DNA of 48,323 nucleotides from Candidatus Heimdallarchaeota archaeon (GTDB taxonomy: Archaea > Asgardarchaeota > Heimdallarchaeia > Hodarchaeales > Hodarchaeaceae): NCBI GenBank assembly GCA_020353515.1, contig CP070695.1:1029161-1077483 (forward strand). Direction: 5' to 3'. Numbering within the stretch: the first letter of the stretch is position 1; every line of letters begins with the position of its first letter. The position numbers and the translations under genes were made by a program. Shown here piece by piece: positions 48,142-48,323 of the stretch. The notes below the pieces were generated by a model, which ran no database searches, had not been told where the DNA came from, and worked only from the letters and a program-made list of their open reading frames with translations.

Positions 48142-48323
48142 ATGATAATAAAAGCTATTGCTTTTGATATTGATGGAACTTTATTAAATACTAAATTGCT
48201 CGTAGAAAGATCTAGATTAAATGCTATAAAAGCAATGATTGAAGCAGGTCTTCACATATCAGATGTTTCAGAAGCTTATATGAAATTATTGAATATTATC
48301 CAGAAATATGGACCAAATTATAA
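48142..48323 (+). CDS. HAD-superfamily hydrolase, N-terminal part (runs off the window edge)
   Basis: Not in the ORF track. MIIKAIAFDIDGTLLNT (motif I DxDGT)...NAIKAMIEAGL...KYGPNY. Confidence 0.88.
   Translation, partial: MIIKAIAFDIDGTLLNTKLLVERSRLNAIKAMIEAGLHISDVSEAYMKLLNIIQKYGPNY

Overview
AT-rich archaeal chromosomal window, most likely from an Asgard archaeon (Heimdallarchaeia-like). This assignment is inferred from a roadblock/LC7 + Rab-like GTPase pair, archaeal DTD2, TrmB, GGTGA Shine-Dalgarno motifs, and LRR, TPR and NosD surface proteins. No rRNA, tRNA, CRISPR array or intact mobile element was recognised. The most striking region is 33.0-45.5 kb, an expanded Shango-like defence locus. 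It contains a large SngA-like protein (HAS-barrel-like N-terminus, UVR coil, two TerB_N modules, TerB_C), a DUF2791/BrxD-like ATPase and two translationally coupled Lhr-type helicases. It is preceded by a gene encoding about 11 LRRs, an integrase-SAM-like helical domain and its own TerB_C domain, a candidate LRR sensor wired to the Shango machinery. Other notable features: two pyrrolysine-free MtmB homologues (His or Lys at the Pyl position) flanking an adaA-ogt pair; two probable CTG-initiated genes truncated by the ORF track; a PadR-HAAS membrane operon with a repeated operator candidate; a BMP-NosD fusion; a class I GAPDH; a Zn-ribbon/polyproline/coiled-coil protein; and three decayed genes. 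All domain calls come from reading motifs by eye, with no database searches.
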